Origin: Acidobacteriota bacterium
GTDB lineage: Bacteria > Acidobacteriota > UBA4820 > DSQY01
DNA length: 64,000 bases
Direction: 5' to 3'
Assembly: GCA_049967655.1 (NCBI GenBank)
Contig: JBMFSH010000001.1
Span: 64,001-128,000 of the forward strand
The notes beneath the pieces are model-generated. The model was not told the origin of the DNA. It ran no database searches and saw only the letters and a list, made by a program, of their open reading frames with translations. Of the stretch, positions 10,489-19,703 are shown in pieces. The stretch's first letter is position 1; the number at the start of each line of letters is the position of its first letter. The position numbers and the translations under genes were made by a program.

Positions 10489-12465
10489 ATGCGTAGAGTA
10501 TGCCTGGCGTTTCTCCTTGCTTTCCTCGCCGTTTCAGCCGCCGCCCAGAGTCCGCCGGTCCTCTTCTCGGCGCCCATGTCTCCGCGCGACGCCAACTATG
10601 CCATCCAGGTGACCCTGGATGCAGGCAAGCACACGCTGCGTGGGGAGGAGCGGATCCAGTGGCGCAACATCACCGACGCGCCCGCCGCGGATGCCTGGTT
10701 CCACCTCTATCTGAACGCCTTCGCTAACGACCACACGGTCTTCATGACGGAGTCGGGCGGACAGCTTCGGGGTGACACCTTCGTTTCAGGACACTGGGGT
10801 TACTGCGTGGTGCGATCCATCGCCCTGGTGGGCGCGGACGGGACCCGAACGCCGCTCGCACAGCTCTTCCCCCGAGAGGACCACACGGTCATGCGCGTGG
10901 TCCTGCCAGCGCCCGTCCCGCCCGGCGGCGAGGCCCTCTTCGAGGTCCGTTTCGAGGACCAGCTCCCGCGCGTCTTCGCGCGCTCCGGGTATGCCGGCAC
11001 CTTCAACATGGTCGGCCAGTGGTTCCCCAAGCTGGGGGTCTTCCAGGGGGCCAAGGGCTGGAACTGCCACGAGTACCACGCGAACACGGAGTTCTTCTCG
11101 GACTTCGGTGTCTACGACGTCTCCATCACCGTGCCCGTCCAGTACGTCGTGGGTGCCACGGGGGTCCTGTGGCAGGAGGTGCGCCAGGGGGCGCAGAAGA
11201 CCCTCTCCTTCCACGCTGAGGACGTGCACGACTTCGCCTGGGCGGCCCAGCCCGACTTCGTGGATCGGAGCGAAACCTACATGGGCGTCCAGATCCGGGT
11301 CCTCATGCAGCCGGGCAACCGGGCGAGCATCCCTCGCTACTTCGCCGCCGTGAAGCAGGACCTGAAGGACTACGCCGAGTGGATCTGGAAGTACCCCTAC
11401 CCGGAGATCACCGTCGTCGACCCCCCGATGAACGGCATGGGCGCAGGGGGCATGGAGTACCCCACCTTCATCACGGCCGGCGCGAGCCCCTTCATGGGAA
11501 AGCGCATCCTCATACCCGAGGTGACCGTGGTGCACGAGTTCGGCCACCAGTACTGGTACGGCATGGAGGCCGACAACGAGTTTGAGCGCGCCTGGCTCGA
11601 CGAGGGCATCAACTCCTATTACGAAGCGCGGATCATGGACCAGTGGTACGGCCCAGAAAAATCCTTCGTGGACGACCTCTGGGGGTGGAGCCTCGGCGAG
11701 GAGGCGCAGGAGCGCATGGCTTACCTCACCCTGCCGGACATGGACCCCATCGTGTTGGACGCCTGGAAGTATTTCTCCAGCAGCTCCTACGACGTCATCA
11801 CCTACGACAAGTCGGCCCTCGTCCTCAAGACCCTCGAGAACCTGCTCGGCCGGAAGAAGATGGACGAGGCCATGCGCGCCTTCTTCATGCAGGTCAAGTT
11901 CACCCATCCGGACACACGCGACTTCATCCGGATCGTCTCGCAGGCCGCCGGGCAGGACCTCTCGCCCCTGCTTGAACCCATGCTCTATGGCACGGGAACG
12001 GTGGATTTCCGGGTGGTCCGGGTGCGGAACGTGCCGCGCTCCTCCCCCGCAGGCTACGACCTGTCGGGGGCTGCTCCGGTGCTCTACGGCGCGGAAAAGA
12101 AAAAGGAGAAGAACCAGGGGCACAAGGGAGCCGCCAAGACGCCATTCAAGGAGAGCTACGACTCGACGGTGGTGGTGGAGCGCCGCGGCAGTCTGGTCTT
12201 GCCGGTGGAGGTGGCCATTCAGTTTTCCGACGGTACCACGCGCACGGAGCGGTGGAACGGCGAAGGCCGGTACACCACCTGGACCTTCTCGGGGCCCAAG
12301 GTGGTCCGCGTCGTGGCCGATCCGAAGGACCTGGTCCCGCTGGATCTGAATCGGCTCAACAATGGCTGGGTGGACCAAGGTGACGGCGCGGTGGCCCGGT
12401 GCATGACCACGCGGTTCCGGCTCCTCTACCAGTCCCTCGTGGCCATGCTGTTCAACATTCTCTGA
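10489..12465 (+). CDS. Secreted M1-family (gluzincin) metallo-aminopeptidase
   Basis: Signal peptide; GGMEYP exopeptidase motif; HEFGH..(18)..E zinc motif (WLDEGIN); YDKSAL. Confidence 0.92.
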   Translation: MRRVCLAFLLAFLAVSAAAQSPPVLFSAPMSPRDANYAIQVTLDAGKHTLRGEERIQWRNITDAPAADAWFHLYLNAFANDHTVFMTESGGQLRGDTFVSGHWGYCVVRSIALVGADGTRTPLAQLFPREDHTVMRVVLPAPVPPGGEALFEVRFEDQLPRVFARSGYAGTFNMVGQWFPKLGVFQGAKGWNCHEYHANTEFFSDFGVYDVSITVPVQYVVGATGVLWQEVRQGAQKTLSFHAEDVHDFAWAAQPDFVDRSETYMGVQIRVLMQPGNRASIPRYFAAVKQDLKDYAEWIWKYPYPEITVVDPPMNGMGAGGMEYPTFITAGASPFMGKRILIPEVTVVHEFGHQYWYGMEADNEFERAWLDEGINSYYEARIMDQWYGPEKSFVDDLWGWSLGEEAQERMAYLTLPDMDPIVLDAWKYFSSSSYDVITYDKSALVLKTLENLLGRKKMDEAMRAFFMQVKFTHPDTRDFIRIVSQAAGQDLSPLLEPMLYGTGTVDFRVVRVRNVPRSSPAGYDLSGAAPVLYGAEKKKEKNQGHKGAAKTPFKESYDSTVVVERRGSLVLPVEVAIQFSDGTTRTERWNGEGRYTTWTFSGPKVVRVVADPKDLVPLDLNRLNNGWVDQGDGAVARCMTTRFRLLYQSLVAMLFNIL

Positions 12466-12476
12466 GGAGATCAACC

Positions 12477-13445
12477 ATGGAGTGGGCGCGGTCCGTCGGC
12501 AACGGTCTCTTTCGCGGCAAGGGGAAGCTGATGGGCACCCTCCTGATCTGGGGCTCTGGATTCCTCCTGGCCACCATCTTCCTCAACCCCGTCCGGAGCG
12601 GATTCCACACTCTGTTCGACGGGGCGCCCGCCTCCAGGGCTCTGCTGCATGGGAGCGGGATTGACCTGCTGTTCAACACCGGTTTGCATCAGCCAGCCTT
12701 CTGGTCGGCCGCCGCCGCACTGCTGCCGTACATGATCCTCCTCGCGGTCGTCGTGGGCCTGGTCCTCACCTCCGGGGTCTACGCGCAGGCCGTGGAGGGA
12801 AGCGGGAGCTGGCGGGCATTCTGGCGCGGTTCGGCGGCCAACGTCCTGCCCTTCGCCGCCCTGCTGCTCCTCAACCTCCTTCTCTGGGCCGTCGTGAGCC
12901 TCGGCGTCGGACTCTTCTTCGCCGCGGCGTGGCACGGCCTCCGCGACGCCATGGACCCCGCCAAACCGTGGCACCTCTTCTGGATCACGCTGTGGTCGGC
13001 GCTGATCGTGGTGAACCTCTTCAGGAATTCGCTCGGCTTCTCACAGGCTCGGTGGGTCCTGACCGGCGGCGGTGAGGGGGTGGCGCGCTGCTTCATGCGA
13101 AGCGTGGCGTTTACCTTCCGGCGGTTCGTCCCGGTGAATCTCATGACCTGGCTCCTCAACCTCGTGCGCGCCGGGGCCATGATCCTCGCCGTCTTCACGC
13201 TGAGCCCCGGGTATGGCACGACGAGCCGTTGGTTCGCCACGGCGGCCCTGCTTCAGGGGGGATTCCTCTTCGCGGCCTACCTCCGGGTGGGCGAAGCGCG
13301 CGCTCAAGTGCTCTACACGCGCGTCTTCCTGGCGCCGGCTACGGTCGGGGTAGCGCCAATGCCTGCGGGAAAAGACGAGGAGCCTTCGGTGGCCGCCGCT
13401 CCGGTATCCGAGTCGGAAGGCCTGGAGGAGATCCCGGGCGCGTGA
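12477..13445 (+). CDS. Multi-pass membrane protein of unknown function
   Basis: About 6 hydrophobic segments; GAGGAG RBS; 11 bp after the M1 peptidase. Confidence 0.8.
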   Translation: MEWARSVGNGLFRGKGKLMGTLLIWGSGFLLATIFLNPVRSGFHTLFDGAPASRALLHGSGIDLLFNTGLHQPAFWSAAAALLPYMILLAVVVGLVLTSGVYAQAVEGSGSWRAFWRGSAANVLPFAALLLLNLLLWAVVSLGVGLFFAAAWHGLRDAMDPAKPWHLFWITLWSALIVVNLFRNSLGFSQARWVLTGGGEGVARCFMRSVAFTFRRFVPVNLMTWLLNLVRAGAMILAVFTLSPGYGTTSRWFATAALLQGGFLFAAYLRVGEARAQVLYTRVFLAPATVGVAPMPAGKDEEPSVAAAPVSESEGLEEIPGA

Positions 13446-13501
13446 CGTCGGGAGCACGGGGCGCCGGTGTCCCCGGCCCGCCCGAAGGGGCGAGGAGGAG
13501 G

Positions 13502-14605
13502 TCACGACGCGGCCGGCGAGACCCGCTCCTCCACCATCCGGTAGATGGCGCTCTTTTCCTCGGGCGAGAGGTGTTTGCTCGCTTCGAAGAGCAGGAATGA
13601 GAGGACCGTCGAGAGTCCCCCGTCCAGGTCCGCCAACCGCCTATCCACGTGGTGGTCGGCCACGTTGGCCGTGAGCACTTTGGGATCCAGCCGGCCCGAG
13701 GCTTCGAATCGGAGCCCTTCGAGGATGCTGCTGTTGGCCGTTTCCAGGCAGCTCTGGGCCAGCGCCTCCAGGTCCTCTCTGGACAGGGAGCCGGCCAGGC
13801 TGGAGAGGATTCTGGAGAAGATCTGGTTGTAGGAGAAGATCAGCTCCTGGATGGCGAGCGCGTCCTCCACCTCCTCTCCGTGAGACGGGAGGGGCGCCTC
13901 GGGAAGCACGGCGTAGCGCGCTCTGACCAGGGAGACGATGACCCGCAGGGTCTCGAACTCGTCCAGGGCGGAGCGGTGAATGATCTCGCGGATTGTCCTG
14001 CGGCCGTCGATGAGGGCGAGGACCGCCTTCTCGCCCTCGAGGAAGCGGACCCCCTTGTCCTGCTGCTCCACGGGCGCGAGCTCAGGGACCAGCCGGTCGT
14101 TGGGGATGAGCTCCTTGATCATGGGCCATTCATCCAGGCGGCGGATCCCCTCCATGATGATGTTGGTCGTGGAGGTGGAGAGTTTGATCTTCTCCTCGTG
14201 GGGCTCCTCCGATTCCTCGAAGGTGAAATAGCCATCCCGGAGGGCGAAGGTGGAGTAGATGATCTCTAGAACCTGGTTCTTTACGGCCCACCAGAGCTCC
14301 TTGGGCGTGAGGACGCCCATCTGGACGAGCACCTTACCCTGGCGCTTGCCGGGCTCCACCAGGAGGCCCGACTTCATGTTCTGCTCCTGCGTGATCTTGC
14401 CGTGCCGGACCAGGAAGCTGCCCAGGGATTCATCGGGGTCGGAGGAGCTGGCGAAGATCATGTCCCCGTGCTCCCAGTAAACCCGGCGGGTCCTCTCTCC
14501 CTGCCGCAGCGAGAGGATGCCGGTCTTCTTGATCATGTTGATGAAGGTCAAGAGGTCCGGCGCGCTGATGGCGCGAAGGGAGCCTTCCAGGATTCGGTCG
14601 GCCAT
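13502..14605 (-). CDS. DUF4388-domain protein
   Basis: LEGSLRAISAPDLL..KKTGIL..G.MIFAS; LGSFLVRHGKIT; IIMEGIRRLDEW; IDGRRTIREI. Confidence 0.85.
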   Translation of the reverse strand: MADRILEGSLRAISAPDLLTFINMIKKTGILSLRQGERTRRVYWEHGDMIFASSSDPDESLGSFLVRHGKITQEQNMKSGLLVEPGKRQGKVLVQMGVLTPKELWWAVKNQVLEIIYSTFALRDGYFTFEESEEPHEEKIKLSTSTTNIIMEGIRRLDEWPMIKELIPNDRLVPELAPVEQQDKGVRFLEGEKAVLALIDGRRTIREIIHRSALDEFETLRVIVSLVRARYAVLPEAPLPSHGEEVEDALAIQELIFSYNQIFSRILSSLAGSLSREDLEALAQSCLETANSSILEGLRFEASGRLDPKVLTANVADHHVDRRLADLDGGLSTVLSFLLFEASKHLSPEEKSAIYRMVEERVSPAAS

Positions 14606-14660
14606 GGGCGCCTCCGTAACAGATGGTACAGGAGCCGCTTGGCTTTGCCAAGCTCTGGGG

Positions 14661-14735
14661 GGTGACGGATGACAGATGATGGAGGGGGCGCTGGCCGCAT
14701 CCATCCCCCAATCCTTTGTGGCTTTGTGGCGAATC
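14661..14735. repeat. Short tandem repeat blocks (GATGACR-like 7-mer x3; CCACAAAG x2 on the minus strand)
   Basis: GGTGACG GATGACA GATGATG at 14661-14681; minus-strand ATTCGCCACAAAGCCACAAAGG resembles 32112-32141. Confidence 0.55.
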
Positions 14736-14756
14736 TCTCCCTTCCGTGCGGGAGGG

Positions 14757-14785
14757 TTGACTCGGTGAGGGGGCGGTCCTAAGAT
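14757..14785 (+). promoter_or_regulatory. Sigma70-type promoter, probably giving a leaderless transcript
   Basis: TTGACT-17 bp-TAAGAT; GTG start codon begins 7 nt after the -10. Confidence 0.6.
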
Positions 14786-14791
14786 GGATTC

Positions 14792-15352
14792 GTGCGGCAG
14801 GTGAGACGGGTTGCTGTGTTCGGCGGGGCCGATGTTCAGGCAGGATCTCAGGAGTATGAACAGGCCCGGCAGATGGGCGGTTTATTGGCCCGGGCGGGGG
14901 TTGTCGTGATCACCGGCGGCTACGGCGGGGTCATGGAGGCCGCCAGCCTGGGTGCCACGGAGGCGGGCGGCGAGGCGGAGGGGATCGTCTGCAGGGCCTT
15001 TGAGGGCCGAAGCCCCAACCCCTATCTGACGCGGCTGCACTGGACGGACAATCTCTTTGAAAGGACGCAGGTTCTCATCGAGCGTGCCGACGGTTACGCG
15101 GCCCTTGCCCCTCGAACGGGGACCCTATCGGAGGTGGTAACGGTCTGGGCCCACTTCAAGGCGGGCGGCCTGTCGCGGCGCCCCTTGGTGCTGGTGGGCC
15201 GTCCCTGGGCGCAGTTGATCTCGGCCATGGCCGACACGGGTGTCGTGGAGCAAGATCTGTTAAACTGGTCTATCATCGCCGCGGATGTCGGAGACGCGGC
15301 GGCGCGTCTCACGGACTGGACAACCTCCACAGGAATGGTTCATGACGGCTAA
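14792..15352 (+). CDS. LOG/Rossmann-fold nucleotide-binding family protein
   Basis: VAVFGG, VITGGYGGVMEAAS.GA, ERTQVLIERADG..GTLSEV. Confidence 0.85.
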   Translation: MRQVRRVAVFGGADVQAGSQEYEQARQMGGLLARAGVVVITGGYGGVMEAASLGATEAGGEAEGIVCRAFEGRSPNPYLTRLHWTDNLFERTQVLIERADGYAALAPRTGTLSEVVTVWAHFKAGGLSRRPLVLVGRPWAQLISAMADTGVVEQDLLNWSIIAADVGDAAARLTDWTTSTGMVHDG

Positions 15353-16199
15353 AGACAAGCGAAATCAGAGGCCGGCGGAAGAGGCCGGCCCCCCTTCCAA
15401 GGGAACGCTCCGCGATTACTGGGAAACCATCTGCATCGTCCTGATCTTCGTTCTCTTTGCCAGGACCTGGGTCTTCCAGAATAGCAACATCCCCTCGGGT
15501 TCCATGGAGAACACCCTCCTGGTGGGTGACCGCCTCCTGGTCAACTCCTTCATCTATGGCCCCACCCTCTTCAAGTGGGAAAGGGACCTGCTGCCCATTC
15601 GAAGCATCGAGCGGGGCAACATCATCGTCTTCAAGTTCCCCGGAAACCCGCAGGTGCCCTTCATCAAGAGAGTCATCGCCAAGGGCGGAGACGTCGTGCA
15701 GGTGGTGGACCAGCACGTCTTCGTGAACGGTAGGCTCCTCATCGAGGGGTATACCAAGCTCCCGGCCTCCATCAAGGACACCTACATTCCGCCACCCGCC
15801 CTCCCGCCGGCGGCGGATATTCCCGTCCTGCCTGACTACTTGAGGGATCCGGCCGCCTTCTCCACGGAGGTGCTCCCGGGCAGGGTCGAGGTCAGCCTCA
15901 AGGCCGAGGAGGGGATCGATCTCATGGGGAGGGGCAGGTTCGGGCCTTACCGCATACCGGCAGGCCACCTTTTCGTGATGGGCGACAACCGGACCAATAG
16001 CGAGGACAGCCGATACTGGGGGGCCCTGGACGAGCACATGGTGCTGGGCAGGGCCTGGGTGATCTGGTGGTCATTCAAAGAGGGGGATTTGGACTACTTG
16101 CAGAACTCGCCAGGGCAGGTGGCACGGCGATTTTTCGACAAGGTCTTCCATTTCTTCGGGAAGACCCGCTGGAACCGCATCCTCACGCGGCCCCACTAA
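15342..16199 (+). CDS. lepB: Signal peptidase I
   Basis: TM segment; IPSGSMENTLLVGD (catalytic Ser), FIKRVI (catalytic Lys), GDNRTNSEDSRYWG. Confidence 0.95.
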   Translation: MTAKDKRNQRPAEEAGPPSKGTLRDYWETICIVLIFVLFARTWVFQNSNIPSGSMENTLLVGDRLLVNSFIYGPTLFKWERDLLPIRSIERGNIIVFKFPGNPQVPFIKRVIAKGGDVVQVVDQHVFVNGRLLIEGYTKLPASIKDTYIPPPALPPAADIPVLPDYLRDPAAFSTEVLPGRVEVSLKAEEGIDLMGRGRFGPYRIPAGHLFVMGDNRTNSEDSRYWGALDEHMVLGRAWVIWWSFKEGDLDYLQNSPGQVARRFFDKVFHFFGKTRWNRILTRPH

Positions 16200-16226
16200 G
16201 GACCATGCGCTAGGGGAGGAATCCCA

Positions 16227-16463
16227 ATGCAATTGACCCAGCAGGTACGCGAATTTCTGGCCAAGAACGACGAGGAATTCAGGCGCCTGTATCAGAAGCA
16301 CCAGGAGTACGAACAGGAACTGGACGCTCTGGCGAAGAAGGGCTTTCTGAGCTCCGAGGAGGAGCTCTACGTGGCACAGGTCAAGAAGAAGAAGCTGACC
16401 CTCAAGGACCAGATGCTGGTCATCTCGAAGAAGTACGAGAAGCAGATCGAGGGGATGGCCTGA
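16227..16463 (+). CDS. DUF465/YdcH-family small coiled-coil protein
   Basis: EFRRLYQKHQEYE..KKKKLTLKDQM; GGAGGA RBS. Confidence 0.85.
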   Translation: MQLTQQVREFLAKNDEEFRRLYQKHQEYEQELDALAKKGFLSSEEELYVAQVKKKKLTLKDQMLVISKKYEKQIEGMA

Positions 16464-16504
16464 CCGGGACCCCATCTGGCGGGGATTATGCGGAGGCGCG
16501 GGGG

Positions 16505-16771
16505 GTGGTGGCAGATCGCTTGCCTTTCGGAGATCCGTTGGCCGATAACAAGGGCCTGAACGGACACCTCAAGGAGCTCGTGGACGGCCTGTACCGGATG
16601 GGGATCACCCTGAAGGAGACGCAGGCGGAGATCGAGCATCTGTATATCCAGCGGACGCTCCTCTCCTGCGACGGCAACCGAAGCAAGGCGGCCAAGAAGC
16701 TCGGCATGCACCGCAATACCCTGAACGCAAAGATCGAACAGTACGGGATTCGTGAGGAAGAGGATTCGTGA
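16505..16771 (+). CDS. Small Fis-like helix-turn-helix protein
   Basis: EHLYIQRTL..DGNRSKAAKKLGMHRNTL (Fis-type HTH); exact start uncertain. Confidence 0.85.
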   Translation: MVADRLPFGDPLADNKGLNGHLKELVDGLYRMGITLKETQAEIEHLYIQRTLLSCDGNRSKAAKKLGMHRNTLNAKIEQYGIREEEDS

Positions 16772-17757
16772 CCTCGCCGCTCCGAGACGAGGCGGGCTGG
16801 ATCCGGCTCCTGTCGACCACGTGGCACCGCAAGGATGCCGAGGTGGGCCTGGGGGACGACGGCTGCGTCCTTCCGCCGGCCCGATACACCCTCTCCACGG
16901 ATGTCCTCGTCGAGGGGGTGGACTTCCGGTGTGACTGGGCGCCGCCCGAGGCCCTGGGCTACAAGGCCATGGCGGCCAACCTGTCGGACCTGGCCGCCAT
17001 GGGGGCCTTCCCCCGCTTCTTCCTCATGACCCTGGGCTTTCCCAGGGGATACCCCGAGGCCTTCGTGGAGGGGGTGCTCAGGGGGCTGCACTTCCTCTCG
17101 GACCGCCGCGGCGTGGAGCTGTGCGGCGGGGATCTGACCCAGGCTCCGGGAGGCTTCTTCGTGAGCCTGACGGTCATCGGCGAACAGCGCCGGCGCCCCC
17201 TTCTCCGCTCTGGGGGGAGGCCGGGGGACCTGCTCTACCTGTCGGGCCCTCTGGGCGGCCCTGCAGAGGCGCTCCGCCTGTTTGAGGCCGGCTCTCGCCT
17301 GGAGGTGTTCGATCCGCTGGCCGGTCCGGCCGATCCCGAGCGGGCGCTCCTGGACCGATTTTACCGCCCGCCCGATCAGATCCCGCTCGGCCTCTTTCTG
17401 GCAGAAACCGGGGCGGTCTCTTGCTGCATGGACGTTTCGGACGGCCTGGCCCGAGACCTGTCCCGGATCTGCGAAGCCTGCGCTTGCGGCGCGGAGATTC
17501 GGGCGGATGCGCTGCCCGTCGATCCCCTCCTCTCGCACCTGGGAGAGGCAGAGCGGTTCCAGAGAGCCCTCGAAGGCGGAGAGGAACAGGTCCTCCTGTT
17601 CACCGTTCCGCCCGAACGGGAGCGGGCGCTCGACGGGGCCGGGTTCGATCTGGTCCGAGTCGGCAGACTCACCGAGGGCGACCAGCGCGTGCTAGTCATG
17701 CCCGATGGCCGCCGCGAGGCGATCGGGGATGCGGGCTATGACCACTTCGCTCCGTGA
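16768..17757 (+). CDS. thiL: Thiamine-monophosphate kinase
   Basis: GLGDDG, STDVLVEGVDF, ANLSDLAAMGA.P, CGGDL, MDVSDGLARDL, GGEE. Confidence 0.93.
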   Translation: MTSPLRDEAGWIRLLSTTWHRKDAEVGLGDDGCVLPPARYTLSTDVLVEGVDFRCDWAPPEALGYKAMAANLSDLAAMGAFPRFFLMTLGFPRGYPEAFVEGVLRGLHFLSDRRGVELCGGDLTQAPGGFFVSLTVIGEQRRRPLLRSGGRPGDLLYLSGPLGGPAEALRLFEAGSRLEVFDPLAGPADPERALLDRFYRPPDQIPLGLFLAETGAVSCCMDVSDGLARDLSRICEACACGAEIRADALPVDPLLSHLGEAERFQRALEGGEEQVLLFTVPPERERALDGAGFDLVRVGRLTEGDQRVLVMPDGRREAIGDAGYDHFAP

Positions 17758-18163
17758 GGTCTTCCGTCGCCTCGCGGGGCTTGGCGACGCGCCCGGCAGG
17801 ACGGCCCTGGCGGTCGGGCTCGGCCTCTGGGTGGGGTTGCTTCCGGTGGCGCCCTTCCAGACCCTTCTGGTGTTGGGGGCGGCCTTTCTACTGCGTCTCA
17901 ACCGCGTCGCAGCGCTGGCCGGGACCCTGGTGTGGCAGCCCTTCACGGCCCCTTTCATCCTGGCGGCCGAGTATGCCGTCGGGCGATGGATGCTCCCGGA
18001 AGGCCACGCTCCGCCAGCGGGCTGGTGGGGATCTCTCGGCCGGCCGCTGGTGGCGGGGAGCATCGTGGTCTCGGCGGCCGCGGGCGCCCTGGGCGCCCTC
18101 GTGAGTTATGCGGTGCTTATCGGGCGAGCTAGACAAAACGGCGGCTCGTCCGTCATACCATGA
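17738..18163 (+). CDS. DUF2062-family membrane protein
   Basis: PGRTALAVGLGLWVGLLP..LRLNRVAALAGT..PFTAPFI pattern. Confidence 0.8.
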   Translation: MTTSLREVFRRLAGLGDAPGRTALAVGLGLWVGLLPVAPFQTLLVLGAAFLLRLNRVAALAGTLVWQPFTAPFILAAEYAVGRWMLPEGHAPPAGWWGSLGRPLVAGSIVVSAAAGALGALVSYAVLIGRARQNGGSSVIP

Positions 18164-18172
18164 GGAGCGGTA

Positions 18173-18724
18173 ATGACGGCCTCCATCTTGGCCGCCCTCC
18201 TGCGTAGCGCGCGGCGGGGCAGGGACGAGGCCTTTACGCGGTTGGTCGAGGCGACGCGGGACAGCCTCTTCTGGACGGTGAGGCGCATGGTGGGAAGGGA
18301 CGCGGTGGCGGAAGAGATCCTCCAGGACGCCTACGCCGCCCTCTGGGGGGTGCCTGAGACCGGCCTTCCCGACGAGCCCATGGCGTGGCTGAGGAGGTTC
18401 TGCGTGAACCGCGCCATCGACTACCTTCGCCGCGAGGAGAACCGGAGGCCGCACGAGGGCGGCGAGTTTCTTGATGAGTTGCCGGCCGCGGCGCGGCCCG
18501 ATGTGGAGGTGGGGCTCCGCGAAGCCGAGGAGGTGGTGGCGAGGGCCATGCAGGCCCTTCCCCCTCAGGAGCGGGGAGCGTTCGTCCTGAAGCTCGTGGA
18601 GGGCCTCGAGTATCCGGAAGTGGCGGCCCTCCTGGGCGTTTCCGAGAGCACGGTGCGCAATCAGGTCATGCAGGCGCGCAAGAAGGTCCAGCGCTACTTG
18701 CAGGCGGCGGGGATCGAGCTATGA
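18173..18724 (+). CDS. ECF sigma factor
   Basis: Region 2 AEEILQDAY, WLRRFCVNRAIDYLRR; region 4 LPPQERGAF..YPEVAALLGVSESTVRNQ. Confidence 0.93.
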   Translation: MTASILAALLRSARRGRDEAFTRLVEATRDSLFWTVRRMVGRDAVAEEILQDAYAALWGVPETGLPDEPMAWLRRFCVNRAIDYLRREENRRPHEGGEFLDELPAAARPDVEVGLREAEEVVARAMQALPPQERGAFVLKLVEGLEYPEVAALLGVSESTVRNQVMQARKKVQRYLQAAGIEL

Positions 18725-19023
18725 AGATCGAGGAGTTGAGAAGGAGCCGAAGGTCAGCGTCCGAATGGGAGCCCTTCATGCGGGCTCTCTCCTCCCGGCT
18801 GCGCGCCGACCGGCGGCGGGCCATCCTCGCTCGCGCCGCCGCCGTGGCCCTCGTGGCCCTGCTGGCGGGCGGGTTGTGGCTCTACCGCATACCCAGGTCC
18901 CACGCGCCCATGCTTCGGGCGGACGTGCCGGCGGCCACCGCGCCGCTGTTTCAGCCGAAGAGCGGCGTGGCTCTGGCCACGGCCGAAGGAATCCTCGTGA
19001 TTCCGTCACAGGAGAAGACATGA
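18721..19023 (+). CDS. Small single-TM protein, putative anti-sigma factor
   Basis: ATGA overlap with the ECF sigma stop; basic N-terminus followed by one TM helix. Confidence 0.6.
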   Translation: MKIEELRRSRRSASEWEPFMRALSSRLRADRRRAILARAAAVALVALLAGGLWLYRIPRSHAPMLRADVPAATAPLFQPKSGVALATAEGILVIPSQEKT

Positions 19024-19703
19024 AACGGCGGACGCTCCTTGCCTGGCTCGCGGCCATCGCCCTTCCCCTCCTGCTCCTCGCCCAGCAGGTGCAGACCATG
19101 CGGTATTCGCTGGAGCACCGCGACGTGCGGTCGGTCCTGGCCCGCGTTACGGAGGAGCTGGGCCCCAAGGGACAGATCTGGGTGAACGGCGCGGCCAATC
19201 AGATCACCGTGGAAGACGAGGCCCCGCGCGTGGAAGCCATCCGGAGCCTGCTCCGGGAACTCGACGTGCCGGCCCGCCACCTGGCCCTCGGCACGCGGCT
19301 GGAGGTGCTCCCCGTTCCGGCCCAGCACGGCTTTTTTCGGGAGACCCCCGGCTTCGTGGACATGACGGCGTGGGCGCAGAACGCCGCTCCCCTGGAAACG
19401 TACACCGGCGTGATGGACCTGTTCGAAGGCCAGTCCGGCTCGTGCTCGCTGGGCAAGGCCTACCGGCTCGATGCCAAGGCGCAGGGGTACGATCCCAGCC
19501 GGCGCCGCTTGGCGCTGGCCGACCTTGACCTCTACAAGCTCCAGGAGGGCAAGCCCCCGCTGGCCGTCCTCCAGGGCGCCGCCGTGCTTCCCGAGGGCGA
19601 CATGACCGTCTTCCTCGTCAATCCCTCGCCCGCCAACCCGCCCCTCCGCCTCAAGGTCACGCCGACGCTCCTTCCCTCCGTGACCAACCCGGAGGTGCGT
19701 TGA
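19020..19703 (+). CDS. Exported protein with a stand-alone secretin N (NolW-like) domain
   Basis: Signal peptide; YSLEHRDVRSVL..GQIWVNGAANQITVEDEAPRVEAIRSLLRELDVP matches the secretin N3-type pattern; no barrel domain. Confidence 0.7.
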   Translation: MKRRTLLAWLAAIALPLLLLAQQVQTMRYSLEHRDVRSVLARVTEELGPKGQIWVNGAANQITVEDEAPRVEAIRSLLRELDVPARHLALGTRLEVLPVPAQHGFFRETPGFVDMTAWAQNAAPLETYTGVMDLFEGQSGSCSLGKAYRLDAKAQGYDPSRRRLALADLDLYKLQEGKPPLAVLQGAAVLPEGDMTVFLVNPSPANPPLRLKVTPTLLPSVTNPEVR

